A stretch of DNA of 64,000 nt from the human T2T-CHM13v2.0 reference genome, Homo sapiens: NCBI RefSeq assembly GCF_009914755.1, contig NC_060926.1; one strand, 5' to 3'. The position numbers were made by a program, and so were the translations under genes. This document shows, piece after piece, positions 61,400-64,000 of this stretch. The notes beneath the pieces are model-generated. The model was not told the DNA's origin and did not search any database. It was given only the letters and a program-made list of their open reading frames with translations. The first letter of the stretch is position 1. Each line of letters opens with the position of its first letter.

Positions 61400-63161
61400 A
61401 AGTTATCAAAAAGGACAATGAAAGCCATAAATATTTTGTAGTTTTTTTACCCATGAACACAATAGTTTCCAGTCTTCAGCATCAGATAAGACCAAGTTAT
61501 TCAAATTAAAATGTTAAAGATACGGTTTTAACAGAAACAAGAACAGGCTGAAAACTGCCATGAATATCCATATCCACATAATGTACAAAAAAGAAAGACT
61601 GATATTATTCCAAATATTTCTATTTGAAAGTAAAAGAAAATCTGTACAGCTGAATCTTCCCAGTAAACAGAAAGAGAAAATATTATAACACAGTATTAAT
61701 CTTCCACATAAGTAAGGCCATATGCAAACAAGAAAGAGAACACCCAAAATTGCAGTGTTTCTTCAAAGAACCCTTCTCTAGGGAACATATTTAACACTCC
61801 AACCATCTTCTATTCTTCTACGTGCATACTAAAAAAAAGTACTTCTCTTCCCATCATAACTAGTCAACCCAGTGTAAATTCTAGGCCCGATTTTCCCCTG
61901 AATCATTTCTGCCTTTTTGTTCAGTTTTCCCTGCCTAGAGCACCCATCACAATCTCTTTAGTTCTTCTATCCACTCTGAACTAGAAATCACCTTTCATTC
62001 CATACAGCTCTGTAGTCCTTTAAACCCTCTAGGAATTGCTAAAGAGGGGTGAGGGGCTGAGAAGAAAGGAGAATGGGCAATAAGAGGTCTGGCAGTCTAT
62101 TTTACAGAACAGCCTGCCTCTGGACATGACAAAGAGAGCCAAGAAACTAAAAAGCCTGCTTCTGCGGATGTTTCTGAACTACTACTGTTTTTTTTAAAGG
62201 AAGACAGAAGAGATTTATGAGAGATGAGAGAAAAGAAAGTGTACACTCACTCTGGCACTTCATTAGGTTCAGGAAGGGAGGCAAATAAAGGTACCTAGAT
62301 TTTGAATGAATCCACTGGTTGTGGCTGAGAAAGCCTGGTACTTGTCAAGAACACCAACATATTAACCTTGCCATGAGGATAGGGTCTGACATGTCCCCTC
62401 AACCACCTGTCTAACAAACAGTAGGGTTTCTGAGTGATGAGGGTGGTGGTGGTAAAGAGAGGTCTTTTGGAAGAGGAACAGGTCTTTTGTGTGCTGACAG
62501 GAAAGCTGTGTCCACCACCAGTGTTCTGGAGATCCCTGTTTATTAGAAACCAGAGAGTGGAGCTGGCAATGGTCTGGGATATGTTCACTCAGCAGGGAGC
62601 TGCCCAAGTAGCAGTACTTGGGAATAGCCAGTAGCAGGCAGCAATAGGTGACCAGTCTCAGGAAAAGTAATGGGGTCCCATAATTCACACAGACCAAGTT
62701 GCCCCCTGCTGTTCTCCCTTGACTTCATTAATGCCCAGCAACTGTCCACAGGCCATGCACCTGTACTGTCAGATGCAGAGCAGGGTGAGCTGAATAGGTT
62801 CTTAGACACAGCTAGAAATCCAAGTAGGAGGAGCCAGACCAGAGGTCCTGGGAACAAACCGAGTCCAAACAAAGGTAAATACAGTGTAACCTACAGCATC
62901 ATTCGCTTCGCTTAGAAGGATGTGACCCATCGGCTGGGAGCATGTGATGTTAATGCAGAATAGCAAGACGACCAGGTGAAAGGGGAGCAGCACAGCCACC
63001 AAGGTCTCAATCTTCAGGTTGAGAGAACGGAAAGTTTAAACAGAGGGTACAGGAAAGTCAGAACAAAAAAAGTAAAGGGCATACCTAATGCTGTTGCCCA
63101 AGCTCAGGTCCAGCTGGTGGTGGCAGGCAACCTTCTGCAGGAGTAATTCCAAAGGCAAAGG
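61400..63161 (-). other. TSPYL6: Probable TSPYL6 3' UTR
   Basis: Repeat-free sequence directly 3' of the stop codon, ending where Alu fragments resume (~61360). Candidate minus-strand AATAAA at 62539-62544; true 3' end not determinable. Confidence 0.6.
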
Positions 63162-64000
63162 TTAACCACACTGGAACCCAAAGGGCCTGGGGATCTCCAC
63201 TGGCTCCCTTACCAGGCGACGTCTAGCTCTATGGGCGTCTTCACCCAACAGGTAGTACTGCAGTGGATTTGACCAGAGGTCCTCTTTAATAATCTGAGCA
63301 ATCCTGTCGGACTCTGGAAGGCTGTGGTCTGAAAACCAGGTGAAGAAGCTGCAGATGACATGTCGGTTCCTATGAATGAAGGACTGGGGTCCATGGCCCC
63401 GGCGCCACATGATTAGAGTGGAAAAAGACACCACTTGGCCGAAGGATCTGACCTCATACACCTTTACAATCAGCTTGTTTCTGAAGTAAGGGTTTCTTTG
63501 AAAGAAGAACTTAAACTTGCAGCCTGTCCTAGGGTGTCTGAGCTCCTTCACTTCCAAATTGGTTAAGTAGCTTAACATCTCGGCATCTTGGCCTCTAATC
63601 ATGGCAGACAGCTGTGGGTGGTGGCGGAAAGCAGTGACCCAGAAGCCCGGGATATTGCGAATGATGTCATTCCTCTGCTCCAGGTAGTATTCATGAATCT
63701 GCCCAAACCTGCGCTCCACCTGCAGGAGCGCCCTGTCAGCCTCTGCATTCACGGAGTCCAGTTCCAGCTGGATGGACTCCAGGGGGTTCAGGTGGAGACC
63801 CACGTTCAGGGGCCCGGGCCCAGGCCCTGCCTCCCTGTTTACCTCATCTATTGCTCTGTTTTCTTCCGCCACGTCCATTTCTTCGCCTCCTGGCTTCTCA
63901 TCCACTGGGGCTGAGAACATGGCACACTCCTCAGGCTTCACGTCCTCGGCCTTCCCCTCTGCAATCACTTCAGACTCCGACCTCCCTGCCCCACAGGTTT
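63162..64000 (-). CDS. TSPYL6: TSPY-like 6, NAP/SET (nucleosome assembly protein) domain retrogene; 5'-partial, CDS continues past window end
   Basis: Open frame ...[20 protein letters not shown]... to ...[11 protein letters not shown], with NAP motifs [29 protein letters not shown] and [10 protein letters not shown]; no introns. The ORF-track start at 63968 is an internal GTG (Val) and the frame stays open to 64000. Confidence 0.95.
   Translation of the reverse strand, partial: TCGAGRSESEVIAEGKAEDVKPEECAMFSAPVDEKPGGEEMDVAEENRAIDEVNREAGPGPGPLNVGLHLNPLESIQLELDSVNAEADRALLQVERRFGQIHEYYLEQRNDIIRNIPGFWVTAFRHHPQLSAMIRGQDAEMLSYLTNLEVKELRHPRTGCKFKFFFQRNPYFRNKLIVKVYEVRSFGQVVSFSTLIMWRRGHGPQSFIHRNRHVICSFFTWFSDHSLPESDRIAQIIKEDLWSNPLQYYLLGEDAHRARRRLVREPVEIPRPFGFQCG

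Noticed and set aside
62295-63002. Several 66-111 aa ORFs beside TSPYL6
   Set aside because: They lie in the probable 3' UTR, mostly have non-ATG starts and show no recognisable domains.
63588-63914. 108-aa + strand ORF
   Set aside because: Antisense shadow of the TSPYL6 CDS.

Overview
Primate (very likely human) genomic DNA, almost entirely intronic and transposon-derived. The only supported protein-coding sequence is the intronless NAP-domain retrogene TSPYL6 on the minus strand. Its CDS runs from beyond the window end (5' end missing) to the stop at 63162, followed by ~1.7 kb of probable 3' UTR. From recalled annotation TSPYL6 lies antisense in the long last intron of ACYP2 (chr2p16), and the minus-strand bias of L1s and Alus fits a + strand host gene. 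The rest is ~32 Alus, several antisense L1s, L2/MIR relics, solo LTRs with intact TSDs, and DNA transposons (MER20, MER45B, MER30, MER3, MER2, two Tigger3a, a near full-length HSMAR2, Charlie transposase relics). I found no convincing new multi-gene system. The best leads are a phase-compatible candidate alternative terminal exon of ACYP2 (30855), an unexplained 37-bp-arm hairpin (47105-47185), a perfect palindrome split by an AluY next to TSPYL6, an Alu whose A-tail is replaced by a G4-type tract, and a probable 6-bp in-frame deletion allele in TSPYL6. Repeat subfamily names are from recognition, and boundaries without TSDs are approximate.
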